A stretch of DNA of 64,000 nucleotides from an uncultured virus (IMG/VR IMGVR_UViG_3300042429_001351) (lineage: Duplodnaviria; Heunggongvirae; Uroviricota; Caudoviricetes), in IMG/VR virus record IMGVR_UViG_3300042429_001351; one strand, 5' to 3'. This document shows positions 46,001 through 54,955 of this stretch, piece after piece; position 1 is the first letter of the stretch; each line of letters opens with the position of its first letter. Below the pieces are notes generated by a model. The model ran no database searches. It saw only the letters and a program-made list of their open reading frames with translations, and was not told where the DNA came from. The position numbers and the translations under genes were made by a program.

Positions 46001-48037
46001 CAAGCTGGTGCTGGAATGATGGCGGTAAATCCGCTTCTTGGTATTGCCACTGCTGGACTAGGAAGCGCAATGTCAGCAAAAACAAAAATGGGTGGTGTTG
46101 CTTCCGGTGCTGCCGGTGGCGCGGCACTTGGAATGATGGTTGGTGGACCACTCGGTGCCGCTGCAGGAGCTCTACTAGGTGCGACGTTTGGTTTTTTTAA
46201 AGCAAAAGCAAACCAAAGCAAAATGGTTAAAGATGCGGTCAAGAAAATTGGCATGAATCAACTTGCTGGAATAGCTGCGAAAGCTGTTGAAGGAGCGTTG
46301 ATAGGTACCACAAATCTTGCACGAAAGAAGATGGCGGATACTAGTAAATTAGCCGATGCTTTCAGAGGTGCAAAAACAGAAGAGGAAAGAAAGAAAGTTC
46401 TCGCTCAATACTCCACTGGTCCTGGTGCAATTCTTTCCGGCAATACATTAAGCCTTGCAACTGGTAGCAATTACACCTCTACACAAGAACAATTGGATAA
46501 AAACGTCGAAGAACAAAAAAAATTAACTCCAATGTTCAACCGTTTCGACGGCGTAATGAAAGCGCTCGGTGGAACCACCAAAATGACGTCTGCCGAAATA
46601 TTTGATTTGGCAATGCGCAAAAACGTAGACCTGTATGACAGCACCCAGAGCCTTGCTGACATCACCAAGAAGCTCGGTATTGGAATGGCAAAAACAGCCC
46701 AGCAGATGAAAGATGCGTTTAAGGACATACGCATTGGTGCTCAGGGTGTGTATAACGAGTACAAAAAAGGAAAAGAGATAAAGGACTCACTGCAGGGTGC
46801 GGGAAACACTCTAAGAGGTGGGAATAACTCCGCAGACGCAATGGCTGATTATCTCAATAAATTTGGCGACTATCTAGATTACAAAAAACCCAACTCTCCG
46901 CTCTCAAACATTGTCCAAACAATAAAGTCATTTGGTAGTGGCGAGGCTTTTGGTACCGGTGCATACTTCCAAAAAGGAGGGGTTCTGAGTGGTGTAACAC
47001 AGACCGCAGAAGCACAGGCACTGGGCGCTGATTACACGTCTCAATTAAAAATAGGCGCTGCCGAAACAGTTGCAAATCAACTTGGTTCACAGTTACTGGG
47101 AGCAAACATTCAGGGTGTTGACCCAACCTTGTTGCGCAATCAAATCAAAGGTCGAACACTGAACCTTATGAGCACCGTAGAAGCTGGAAGCGCAGCCGGA
47201 GCAACAGAAGAACAAAAAACAGCTGCAGCTGCTGCAGCAGCCCAAATAAAACAAATTGAAGAATTTGTGTTGGACCCAACCAAACTTCAGGGCAAGACCG
47301 CTGGTCAGGCCACGGATATGCTCAACAAGCTTTTGTATGGTGGTTCGAAAAATTCGCCGTTTGGCAAAGGTCAGCTTTCGCTTGAGAACGTAGCCAAGGA
47401 TTTAATCGAAGTAAAACTTGATAGGGACCAGTTGGAGAAAGATTTCTCGGCTGCCGTCAGTGCGGCTTTTGCACAAACATTAGATTCGCCAGACTGGTGG
47501 AATCAGGCTCCAAACTGGTGGAACTGGAAATTCGACCCTGCCACTGGACAGTTCTCGCCACCAGACACACGGTCCCCACGACGTGGCCGTATAGGCGACA
47601 CAGGAGCCCCTAGAGCGCTTGGAGCCACAATGTCGGCACATAATGCTATGAACTCAAAACTGACCGGAAAACGCACCGTAACAAGCTCATTCAGAACAAA
47701 CAACCTAGGTTCTCCAAGTAGCGACCATGCAGCCGGAAGGGCGTATGACCTTACAGGACAGAACCTGGGCCAGTACGCGTCGCTAGCTAAGGCGTCAGGA
47801 GGTTTTGCTGAGTTCCACGGTGCCGCTAGTTCCAGGCATCTTCATGTTGTTCCTTCACTTGCACCATCTGGAGATACATCTAGTCCGATGAGTTCCAACA
47901 TGTCACCTACTGGAACCACGTACAACGGCGGAAACATATCAATTACCATTGTTGAGTCTAAAGATGCCAGAGCAACAGCAAGGGAAGTCGCTAACGAAAT
48001 TATTGCTATGCAAAAGAACGAAAGAAGGAGAATGTAA
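43022..48037 (+). CDS. Tape measure protein with C-terminal M15-like Zn peptidase
   Basis: 1671 aa, Ala/Gly-rich helical protein after the chaperone; SDHAAGRAYDL...HLHVV. Confidence 0.9.
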   Translation: MAADERATITIDVDVKNLNRLQQVTAALEAMGVASEVNAAKFGNLTGAMTGHSRASNKASKDSQRLYEKISILDKVSMQFTKQARKLMLGVMAMSIEFGVSALALASVNALFVIGKVLVKSYQLAMQGLAAGLASVGVAAIAAAAAFSEMQTAQFAFRYSSDSTTNSMDKSSLALRGLYKDTQLNIYGMKALSAAFAGVSKNSTFTAGSQKMLQGFSDFIASSGDPTKAMQAAANAIGLIQKKQTGTSKQMSTEAINAIKQINPALADLAKKGGGGFGNKDKFIEALLDGSLAEKSGVAGAASNVAGTLFAQFKSYLTSSFVELADVGKRVLEPVKKAMHAIFTSLTKNFRRISSDLVAFGQGPFLKSLVTAVDKLGEFAVMLIRKVLPTTEGFSKRISGIFYQLQRYFYQVTTSLDKMRDGGTIVIKTFGEPILEIFKQIGKSARNIGELAVKHKDSFLKFGEALKNIVVGFFDLSKTFKEAFTGALPVITTVLNAIAKIVSAVNKVFGMLTGPNNPIGSAIGIFAMGGMALKGTRAAQRKRRYSGSGGGGIPGYNEVSEMDWAARGLPMPSNASGAATAAGGGTSLSGAMAVAASAASEALTTGLAPGIGSVTGASNAAATALNKLATTASGASMKGGMKGGSVDDYGYIEKMPTRLPGQSQADYMRDRTRYIMNNRGDDLRDLESRGPLYEPLIAPDGRVGSGGGRTPQINRGQRYDSFGLPIAGGAATTREQYKSQRFDISKKSDAFARLLGYSDTTAGRAADSLWNSPEFLNSAAQDSMTRSQKLMSFLRPKGKRASDLYAETKGGLKSFLPNTGATMKGQALQVKDTLKNSPQALKSFWRGSGGGITGAMSGGGTTGASAAAGGGRVINAGPGSIRDIGLKGKLGYLGGRTLFGQGYKGGTFGTELKNLVTGKNMRDRYQMSLANQQAVFAKNNPEAAAAGVKMQGSRLKAMKAATKANLSGLGGMGAMAAGYAASRFGNEENMGALQAGAGMMAVNPLLGIATAGLGSAMSAKTKMGGVASGAAGGAALGMMVGGPLGAAAGALLGATFGFFKAKANQSKMVKDAVKKIGMNQLAGIAAKAVEGALIGTTNLARKKMADTSKLADAFRGAKTEEERKKVLAQYSTGPGAILSGNTLSLATGSNYTSTQEQLDKNVEEQKKLTPMFNRFDGVMKALGGTTKMTSAEIFDLAMRKNVDLYDSTQSLADITKKLGIGMAKTAQQMKDAFKDIRIGAQGVYNEYKKGKEIKDSLQGAGNTLRGGNNSADAMADYLNKFGDYLDYKKPNSPLSNIVQTIKSFGSGEAFGTGAYFQKGGVLSGVTQTAEAQALGADYTSQLKIGAAETVANQLGSQLLGANIQGVDPTLLRNQIKGRTLNLMSTVEAGSAAGATEEQKTAAAAAAAQIKQIEEFVLDPTKLQGKTAGQATDMLNKLLYGGSKNSPFGKGQLSLENVAKDLIEVKLDRDQLEKDFSAAVSAAFAQTLDSPDWWNQAPNWWNWKFDPATGQFSPPDTRSPRRGRIGDTGAPRALGATMSAHNAMNSKLTGKRTVTSSFRTNNLGSPSSDHAAGRAYDLTGQNLGQYASLAKASGGFAEFHGAASSRHLHVVPSLAPSGDTSSPMSSNMSPTGTTYNGGNISITIVESKDARATAREVANEIIAMQKNERRRM

Positions 48038-48039
48038 TC

Positions 48040-48675
48040 ATGGCACTTTCAGTGACAGGGAGACCAGTGGCACAATCGACTTATACCGGAATCAGCTTTA
48101 ATGCTCTCAAAAGAACAGCTAGGAACGGTTCAGCGTTTCGTGCAATGAATCAAATAAACTCGTTTGTCCGTGGGAAAAAACCGCTTGAATACCTGTTTCT
48201 TTATGCTCCGGCATCGTTTACCCATGAGGGCTATGGCGTTAACCTAAACGAAATACAGAGACCATATTTAGCACCAATCGTTGATGTGACTGGTGGTAAA
48301 GCACGAAAGGCGAGTTTTCAGTTCATCATTACTGACGCGGATGACTCTTTCTTTACTGCCGTAGATGATGAAATATCCTATGTTCAAGCATTTGCCGACA
48401 ACGGAATACCGGTCAGTTTTAATTCAGTTCATAAACAATTAGATTCTTCTTTTTGGTACATAGACAACATGACATTTACTCATGCGCGCTCCAACCTAGC
48501 TGGCAGAACAGTGAGCGCTCAGTGCGATGTTTCCCTAACAGAGTACCTACCTTCATCAAAAAACTTCATCCAACTCCCAAGGTTTAAGTATGGGAATATT
48601 ACTCAGATAACTAAGAAAAAGATTACGACTCCAGGAGTGGACCCGGACGACATTGCGGCAGCGCTTAAAGGATAA
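48040..48675 (+). CDS. Putative tail tube initiator/baseplate hub protein
   Basis: Position after the tape measure; ends the domain with VSLTEY. Confidence 0.55.
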   Translation: MALSVTGRPVAQSTYTGISFNALKRTARNGSAFRAMNQINSFVRGKKPLEYLFLYAPASFTHEGYGVNLNEIQRPYLAPIVDVTGGKARKASFQFIITDADDSFFTAVDDEISYVQAFADNGIPVSFNSVHKQLDSSFWYIDNMTFTHARSNLAGRTVSAQCDVSLTEYLPSSKNFIQLPRFKYGNITQITKKKITTPGVDPDDIAAALKG

Positions 48676-48684
48676 ACACTTACG

Positions 48685-50100
48685 ATGTTTCCTGATTATC
48701 CAACTGCTGACGAAGCAAAAATAAGTGCGTCATATATTCTTGCTTATGGAAATATAAATCTTCGCACCCGTCCATTGTCTCTTCTTGTCAGCGGAAAAGT
48801 TGACGCATCTTTTTGCTTCCTTCACCCGACAGTTTTTGATGATGGTACTCCGATATTTGCTTTAATACCGCAAGTATCGGATGACGGAAGAAAATTGACT
48901 CAAAAACAAGCCATAGATTTGTATCAAATTTCTAATAGGCATTTCGGCAAATTTGCATTTAAGGTAGCCGGAAAACCACCGGTACACCCAGCGCGTCTAT
49001 ATCAGAACGTTCTCATTGCCAGAGAACTCGCTATTTTGAAATCTCAAAAAGCGGCAGGAATAGTAGCCGGAGACGCATACTTTCCAGTATCTCTCAATCC
49101 AGACGAGAACAAACGAAATCTCAGCGGAATACTGCAAGTAACAGATTTATTTGGAGCAGCCCAAAAGTATTTCGAGGAAAACTTATTCGAGGTAACAGTT
49201 GACTACAAGATGGACATGGGCTCAGAAGTCACGTTCAAGGTCATGGATAATGGCTACAACATGATGGATAAAAACTATTTTGTGGTACGAAGGGACATCA
49301 CCTACAGAGGACGCAATTACGAAATAGCCGCTGTTAATTCCGGACCCGGGGAGGGTGGTTCACCAATAATCAGTGTTTCTGCCAGAAATAAAGGGATACA
49401 GCAAATGCGCAGAGATAAACTTCCGAGAACGATAAGCGGTGGAACGGCCTACGAATACGCAGCCGCAGCTGCCAAAAAATTTGGTATGGGGTTTATTGGT
49501 CAGAAAACAAACACGGTCCACTCCACATTTAAGTCGGGTGGTTCAAATAACAATAAATCAACATGGGATGTTTTGAAAGACCAAGCGCAGGGCAATCAAT
49601 ATGTGGTTTTCGAAATTGACAACATTCTAATATTTGGTTCTCATCAGTGGCTAATGTGGAAATTTGGGAACTGGATGAAGGGGGGGAAGAGGTTTGTTCC
49701 ATTATTATATGTACCAGGATTTACTGGAGAGGATTTAAGTAAAGTACTCATTGATTCGGACGATACCTCGAACATTTTTCAACTCGAAAAATGGCACACT
49801 TTCAATACTGACGACCAAGACCCTATGGCTGCCACGGGAAGCTGCAGTGTATTAATGCCAAACGGTGGTGCCTTGAGGCCAGGAATGACGGCCGTATGCG
49901 GACCATACCCTGACTATTTCTATGGTGGCTACATAATCACAGACGTGAACTATACTGAAGGTTCTCCAGGCCCAGCAAGTGTCTCATTTAGAACGCCAGA
50001 AGAACCCCGAAATCAAAAAGGGCTCCCAATCAAGCCAAGAACAGGTAGCAAGCCAGCAATCCCAATCCCGGTTGGAAGCGTATCCGTAGTTGCGGTGTAG
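48685..50100 (+). CDS. Putative baseplate hub protein (gp27/gpD-like)
   Basis: STWDVLK, LRPGMT, YIITDVNY motifs; synteny. Confidence 0.6.
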   Translation: MFPDYPTADEAKISASYILAYGNINLRTRPLSLLVSGKVDASFCFLHPTVFDDGTPIFALIPQVSDDGRKLTQKQAIDLYQISNRHFGKFAFKVAGKPPVHPARLYQNVLIARELAILKSQKAAGIVAGDAYFPVSLNPDENKRNLSGILQVTDLFGAAQKYFEENLFEVTVDYKMDMGSEVTFKVMDNGYNMMDKNYFVVRRDITYRGRNYEIAAVNSGPGEGGSPIISVSARNKGIQQMRRDKLPRTISGGTAYEYAAAAAKKFGMGFIGQKTNTVHSTFKSGGSNNNKSTWDVLKDQAQGNQYVVFEIDNILIFGSHQWLMWKFGNWMKGGKRFVPLLYVPGFTGEDLSKVLIDSDDTSNIFQLEKWHTFNTDDQDPMAATGSCSVLMPNGGALRPGMTAVCGPYPDYFYGGYIITDVNYTEGSPGPASVSFRTPEEPRNQKGLPIKPRTGSKPAIPIPVGSVSVVAV

Positions 50101-50107
50101 GACAATC

Positions 50108-50515
50108 ATGACTTTTTATGACCACATAGACGATTTTAGCAACCCGGTTAAGGGTAACGCTGGCGCAAAACGTCCTGTAGGGCTGTATCTGGGTAAGGTC
50201 GTTCGTGTTTCTGGGGGGATATTTATATCCATACCAACGCTTGCTCCTGGTAGTACTTTTGGCCCCTGTAAAACATTTGGAAGTTACCCAGTGATTGGTC
50301 AATCTATTTTATGTGGATTCCTTGACGGTAAATTTGAAGAACCTGTCGTAATAGGTAAATCTACTCAGTCAAAAGTCTTGAAAGATGTAGATACTCCAGT
50401 CGACAGCACCGATGGAAGTAATAAACTATATGTGGACACTCAGATAGCAAACCTGCTTTCTTATGTAAATACGCAGCTAGCGACAAAGGCGAACAACGGT
50501 CATGGACACTCTTAA
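50108..50515 (+). CDS. Putative baseplate spike (OB-fold N-terminus)
   Basis: LYLGKVVRV...IPTL...YPVIGQSILCGFLDG...PVVIG; His-rich end HGHS. Confidence 0.65.
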   Translation: MTFYDHIDDFSNPVKGNAGAKRPVGLYLGKVVRVSGGIFISIPTLAPGSTFGPCKTFGSYPVIGQSILCGFLDGKFEEPVVIGKSTQSKVLKDVDTPVDSTDGSNKLYVDTQIANLLSYVNTQLATKANNGHGHS

Positions 50516-50804
50516 ACTCCCAATAGTATTTGATAAGGGTAGGGTTGGTTTGTTGCAGGAAAATACCCGTGATTACTATAACCAGGCCGTAGCTATTGCG
50601 TGCCGAATCGAAAAGGGCGAGTTGGCTCTTGAGCCAACATATGGTGTAAAAGATTCTACTTTTGAAACATTTAGGAAATCCGAGCTAAATTACACGCTTT
50701 CAACATTCTGGCCAGAAATTCGAATAGTAAAACTTGAACAAGACAGGCCTGATAAAAACGGCTCATCTCGTTTGCTTATCGATTTTGCTTTTGAGGGAGA
50801 GTAA
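50502..50804 (+). CDS. gp25-like baseplate wedge protein
   Basis: IEKGELALEPTYGV...FWPEIRI; synteny. Confidence 0.7.
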   Translation: MDTLKLPIVFDKGRVGLLQENTRDYYNQAVAIACRIEKGELALEPTYGVKDSTFETFRKSELNYTLSTFWPEIRIVKLEQDRPDKNGSSRLLIDFAFEGE

Positions 50805-50806
50805 TC

Positions 50807-52300
50807 ATGGCATCTCCGGATTTTTCGAACTACATCGACCTAACAGTAAACGACAAGCAACCAGATGAGATATACAACGAGGCTGTTGATTATGCAAAAA
50901 TAGCATTGCCCGAGTTTTCTCCTCGCTCCGGAACGGTTGAGGATGCAGTTTTGCAATCAACAGCGTACATGGCTGGCGTTACATCTGGAGCGATAAACCG
51001 ACTTCCGAATGGCCTCATGGAAGGAATAATGAGGTTAATCGGTGTTGTTAGAAAAGAAGCAACATTCGGTTCTGTGGATGTTGAATTTACCCTTAGCGGT
51101 GATGGACTAACGGTTCCAGCTGAAACAATTGTTTACTTCCAAACGACGGATGGAGACATAACGGTTCAATATCCATTTATTCTATCGGCCGATACAACTG
51201 CTGTTAGTAGTGAGTCGACAGTAACCGCCACCCTAACATCCCAAATCGGTGGAATCCTGCCAACAATGGACATCGGAACAATTCTTAGTTTGTCGCAAGC
51301 AAATACTGTTGTTCTGTCGGCAGCGACCGCGTCGAACGTAACGCAGGGAGCAAGAGCAGAAACCGAAGCCGAATATTTTGAAAGGGCAACTACTTACTTG
51401 GAATCGCTTTCCTCCTGTCTCGCCACGGCCAAACAGGTTGAGAACTATATTCTTGCAAACTATTCCGAAGTATATAGATGCAAGGTTTACGATTTAACAC
51501 AAGCGATTACCTACGAAGCACCCGCGAGTGCCGTAAATGCTGAAAAATCCGGATACTCAACAACCGTTCTTGCGGATTCCGATTTCGTCATAGCTCTCTA
51601 TCAGCTCGACTCTCAGATAGTTAGAGCCGTGACTCCTTCATTGTCTCTCTCTAGTTATGAATCAACAATTCCTTCTGGACATTACATTGGAGCATCGGTT
51701 GGGGCTTCGGCTGGAAGCTCTTCGGTTGCTTACTCAGATTCAGCATCCGTGCTCGGGCAATATGGTCCTATAAGCCTTATTGCACTTGAATCGCTGCTTC
51801 TCGCAGACGTAGGCGACAACCCAGGGCATTTTGTTATCTTCATGTGCGACCAGGACGGAATGCCGGTTCTATCCAGTATTAAAAATGAGATTTACACTGA
51901 TGTGGCTGAAAAAATCACAGCCGGTTTAACCTTTAAGATATTAGACGCATTTCCAGTGGACATCGATTTCACTGTAACTATTTCTGTTGATGCAGAGTTC
52001 GGAGCGAGCACTGTTGCCACATCGCTAGCCGCAGACCTCGAAACGTACATGTCCGTTGCGGAATGGCCAAACTGGAACTCTTTTGTCCGTATATTCGACG
52101 TCGTTGTAAGGTCAAGCAAGATTGCCGGAGTATCTTACGTTTACAGCGTTACACCATCGATACCAACTTCGGCAGAAGGTGCAATGGAGGGAAATGAAGA
52201 CCTTCTCTCTGAGGTAACTGACGATGGAAACCTTCTTGGTTATCAATTTCTTTATGCTGGAGTGATGCCTAGGGCGACAGTGGAAGTGCTCGTTATTTAA
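50807..52300 (+). CDS. Baseplate J-like protein
   Basis: GVVRKEAT...VEFT, VPAET, QGARAETEAEYFER. Confidence 0.85.
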   Translation: MASPDFSNYIDLTVNDKQPDEIYNEAVDYAKIALPEFSPRSGTVEDAVLQSTAYMAGVTSGAINRLPNGLMEGIMRLIGVVRKEATFGSVDVEFTLSGDGLTVPAETIVYFQTTDGDITVQYPFILSADTTAVSSESTVTATLTSQIGGILPTMDIGTILSLSQANTVVLSAATASNVTQGARAETEAEYFERATTYLESLSSCLATAKQVENYILANYSEVYRCKVYDLTQAITYEAPASAVNAEKSGYSTTVLADSDFVIALYQLDSQIVRAVTPSLSLSSYESTIPSGHYIGASVGASAGSSSVAYSDSASVLGQYGPISLIALESLLLADVGDNPGHFVIFMCDQDGMPVLSSIKNEIYTDVAEKITAGLTFKILDAFPVDIDFTVTISVDAEFGASTVATSLAADLETYMSVAEWPNWNSFVRIFDVVVRSSKIAGVSYVYSVTPSIPTSAEGAMEGNEDLLSEVTDDGNLLGYQFLYAGVMPRATVEVLVI

Positions 52301-52301
52301 T

Positions 52302-53573
52302 ATGGGCGCCATAACCAACAGGCTTTCTGGTGCGCAGTTCACGCTTTCGGAGTTCGGCACTGCCAATTCATGGACCAGCGATGACATGGGCATTTCTGTT
52401 GATACAACTTCAGAGCTTTGGACTTCTTCGGCCAACAAGCAACTTGCATTAACAATTCTTAACGACGACCATACTGGGACAATACGATTAGATTCTGCAG
52501 AAATAGGTTTAAGTGATTTAACTAAACCCATCATTTTTACATGTGGTATAAAAATGCCATCTGGAGGAACGGTTGAAGTTAGTCTTGGGCACTCTAGCCA
52601 AGAAGAAGAAAACTCTGTCAATACCCTCAAGGCAGTGCAGGGCTCGACATCCGTAGTTAACGCAGTTGGAGTTGTAAACCCACAATGGTTCATATTTAGA
52701 AGCGACCCGATTATCCCGATTTCTCCTGTTGGCACAACGGGAATGACAATCCACATAACTTTTACAGCAAACGACGCAACCGCACCTATCTACTTTACTT
52801 TGCCGGTTCTATGTCAAAATTACGAATTTGCTTCAAAAAACACAATACTTAGCAGCGTGGCGCAGAATATACCAAGAGTGTTTTTGGATATTGACTTTGA
52901 ACAGACCAGTGGGATAGACCTCCCATTTATGAGATTGCTTGATATTTTTACAAATGGACTGGATGAATCATATCAACAAATGGGAAAATACGCATATCTG
53001 GATATCGAACAAGGCTACAACGACTCGGACAACACAACAAAAAGTACGCTAGTCAATCCTGACGTGGCCGACTTTGAAACGCTTACATGGTTGTGTAAAT
53101 TTACGGGAACAAAACCCGTAACACGATACGAATCATCACTAGATACGGTGACAGTACCATTTATTTTGGGAGATGAAATTTCCTCTGGTTCACTTCTTGA
53201 CAGCGATGATGGTTTGCTGCTTACCAGTTACACAGAATTGAGTCCTCCGGTTTTCACGCTTGCGAAACAAGTTGAACTACTTAGTTGGCAGGTTGACAAT
53301 GGGTATTATGGGATTAATGCTGGTACTCTTCCTGCCGTTGTGGATGCAGCTAAACAACAGCTAACAGGGGAGAAATCAGTTGTTGTGGAGTATGACTATG
53401 AAACAACACCATGGGTAATCAATCTTTCCAGTGAGTGGTATGAGACATACGGCTCAACGGGCGAGGAAGATGTTGGGAGTTCATCAAAACTCGTTTTGGG
53501 TGCTGTTGAATATGCCCGTCCGCTCGGGGTGAAAATAACACACACAATGACGCATACCGTGACCATACAATGA
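52302..53573 (+). CDS. Putative baseplate wedge (P2 gpI-like C-terminus) protein
   Basis: LVNPDVADFETLTWLCKFTG, AGTLPAV, ARPLGVKI; follows baseplate J. Confidence 0.6.
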   Translation: MGAITNRLSGAQFTLSEFGTANSWTSDDMGISVDTTSELWTSSANKQLALTILNDDHTGTIRLDSAEIGLSDLTKPIIFTCGIKMPSGGTVEVSLGHSSQEEENSVNTLKAVQGSTSVVNAVGVVNPQWFIFRSDPIIPISPVGTTGMTIHITFTANDATAPIYFTLPVLCQNYEFASKNTILSSVAQNIPRVFLDIDFEQTSGIDLPFMRLLDIFTNGLDESYQQMGKYAYLDIEQGYNDSDNTTKSTLVNPDVADFETLTWLCKFTGTKPVTRYESSLDTVTVPFILGDEISSGSLLDSDDGLLLTSYTELSPPVFTLAKQVELLSWQVDNGYYGINAGTLPAVVDAAKQQLTGEKSVVVEYDYETTPWVINLSSEWYETYGSTGEEDVGSSSKLVLGAVEYARPLGVKITHTMTHTVTIQ

Positions 53574-53667
53574 TTTTGCTTATTGGTACATCTATTGACG
53601 TAAATAATTGACATAAATTTAATAGGTTATAATTTAGAGACTATCGACGATAAAGGCCCTAGTAACC

Positions 53668-54954
53668 ATGACAATCCAGACATTTACAGCAGGACAAAGA
53701 CTGACAGCGCTTCAGCTGAACACGCTCCAGGCAAGTGATTTTAATTTTACACGTAACGTTCGAAATGATTTGACGTACACTTTCGCCCTTTCAGATAAAG
53801 GTAAATTGGTAGAAAGCACTAATGCTGGTGCGGCTGTTTTCACGATAGCCAATGACAGTTCTGTCGAATTTACCGTCGGCGACAGAATCGATGTTCTTCT
53901 TGCTTCTGTTGGCTCGGTAACCATTTCTCCTGCCTCTGGGGTGACCCTGTATGCCGAGGGCGACATCACAACAGTTGCCTCAGCATGGACAAGGCTCACC
54001 CTTATCAAGAGAGCGGAAAATTCCTGGGTTATGACCGGTACTGGAATGTCTGTCCAGACCGTGGAACTAGACGACCTTGCAGTCACGACTGCAAAAATCG
54101 CCAACCTCAACGTTACAACTGGAAAAATAGCAGATGATGCGGTTAACGGCGACAAAATTGCGGACTCTTCTGTAACCTCGGCACACATTGTTGATGGGAC
54201 CATCGTCAACGGGGACGTCAGTGCTTCTGCAGCGATTGCTTATAGCAAATTGAATCTTGGGACGTCAATCGTTAATGCTGATGTGAGTGCATCTGCTGCG
54301 ATTGATTATGCCAAGTTAAATCTTGGCACATCAATTGTTAATGCTGACGTCAGTGCATCTGCTGCGATTGTTGACACAAAACTTGCAACCATCTCAACCG
54401 CCCTAAAGGTATCGAACTCAGCAACGACAGCAACGAATGCTAATACGGCTTCTGCAATTGTTGCCCGCGATGCTTCTGGCGACTTTTCCGCTGGAACCAT
54501 TACTGCAAATTTGACAGGCATAGCAACCTATACGGCGGAGTGGGTTCTTGGAGCAAATGGTTCTAGTCACTACACTTTTGCAGGACCAGGTTTCACTGGT
54601 TCTGAAGACGACCCCATCCTCCACCTGGTTAGAGGGCAAAAATATAAATTCACAAATACGATGGGAGCTCATCCGTTCAGAATCCAAAGCACTGTAAATG
54701 GTTCTACGGGAACTGCGTACAATGACGGAATAACAAACAACGATGTTTCGAACGGAACATTAATTTGGGATGTTCAGTTTGACGCTCCTACTGTCCTTTA
54801 CTACCAATGCACTGCTCACGGAACAATGGGTGGCGCAATTTATATTGTTAACGACACTGCTTCAATGATTGGTACTCGCACTGTGTTCGTTCAACAAGCT
54901 ACGCCAACCGCTCTTGCGACTGGGGATATCTGGTTCCAGGTAACAGGACTCTAA
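53668..54954 (+). CDS. Tail fibre-like protein
   Basis: VTTAKIA/IADxxV fibre repeats, 22-aa repeats, C-terminal LVRGQKYKF...HPF...LYYQCTAH domain. Confidence 0.7.
   Translation: MTIQTFTAGQRLTALQLNTLQASDFNFTRNVRNDLTYTFALSDKGKLVESTNAGAAVFTIANDSSVEFTVGDRIDVLLASVGSVTISPASGVTLYAEGDITTVASAWTRLTLIKRAENSWVMTGTGMSVQTVELDDLAVTTAKIANLNVTTGKIADDAVNGDKIADSSVTSAHIVDGTIVNGDVSASAAIAYSKLNLGTSIVNADVSASAAIDYAKLNLGTSIVNADVSASAAIVDTKLATISTALKVSNSATTATNANTASAIVARDASGDFSAGTITANLTGIATYTAEWVLGANGSSHYTFAGPGFTGSEDDPILHLVRGQKYKFTNTMGAHPFRIQSTVNGSTGTAYNDGITNNDVSNGTLIWDVQFDAPTVLYYQCTAHGTMGGAIYIVNDTASMIGTRTVFVQQATPTALATGDIWFQVTGL
54202..54380 (+). repeat. About three 66-bp (22 aa) coding tandem repeats, IVN(G/A)DVSASAAIxYxKLNLGTS
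   Basis: Visible in the translation and in DNA (gtgcatctgctgcgatt repeated). Confidence 0.85.
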
Positions 54955-54955
54955 T

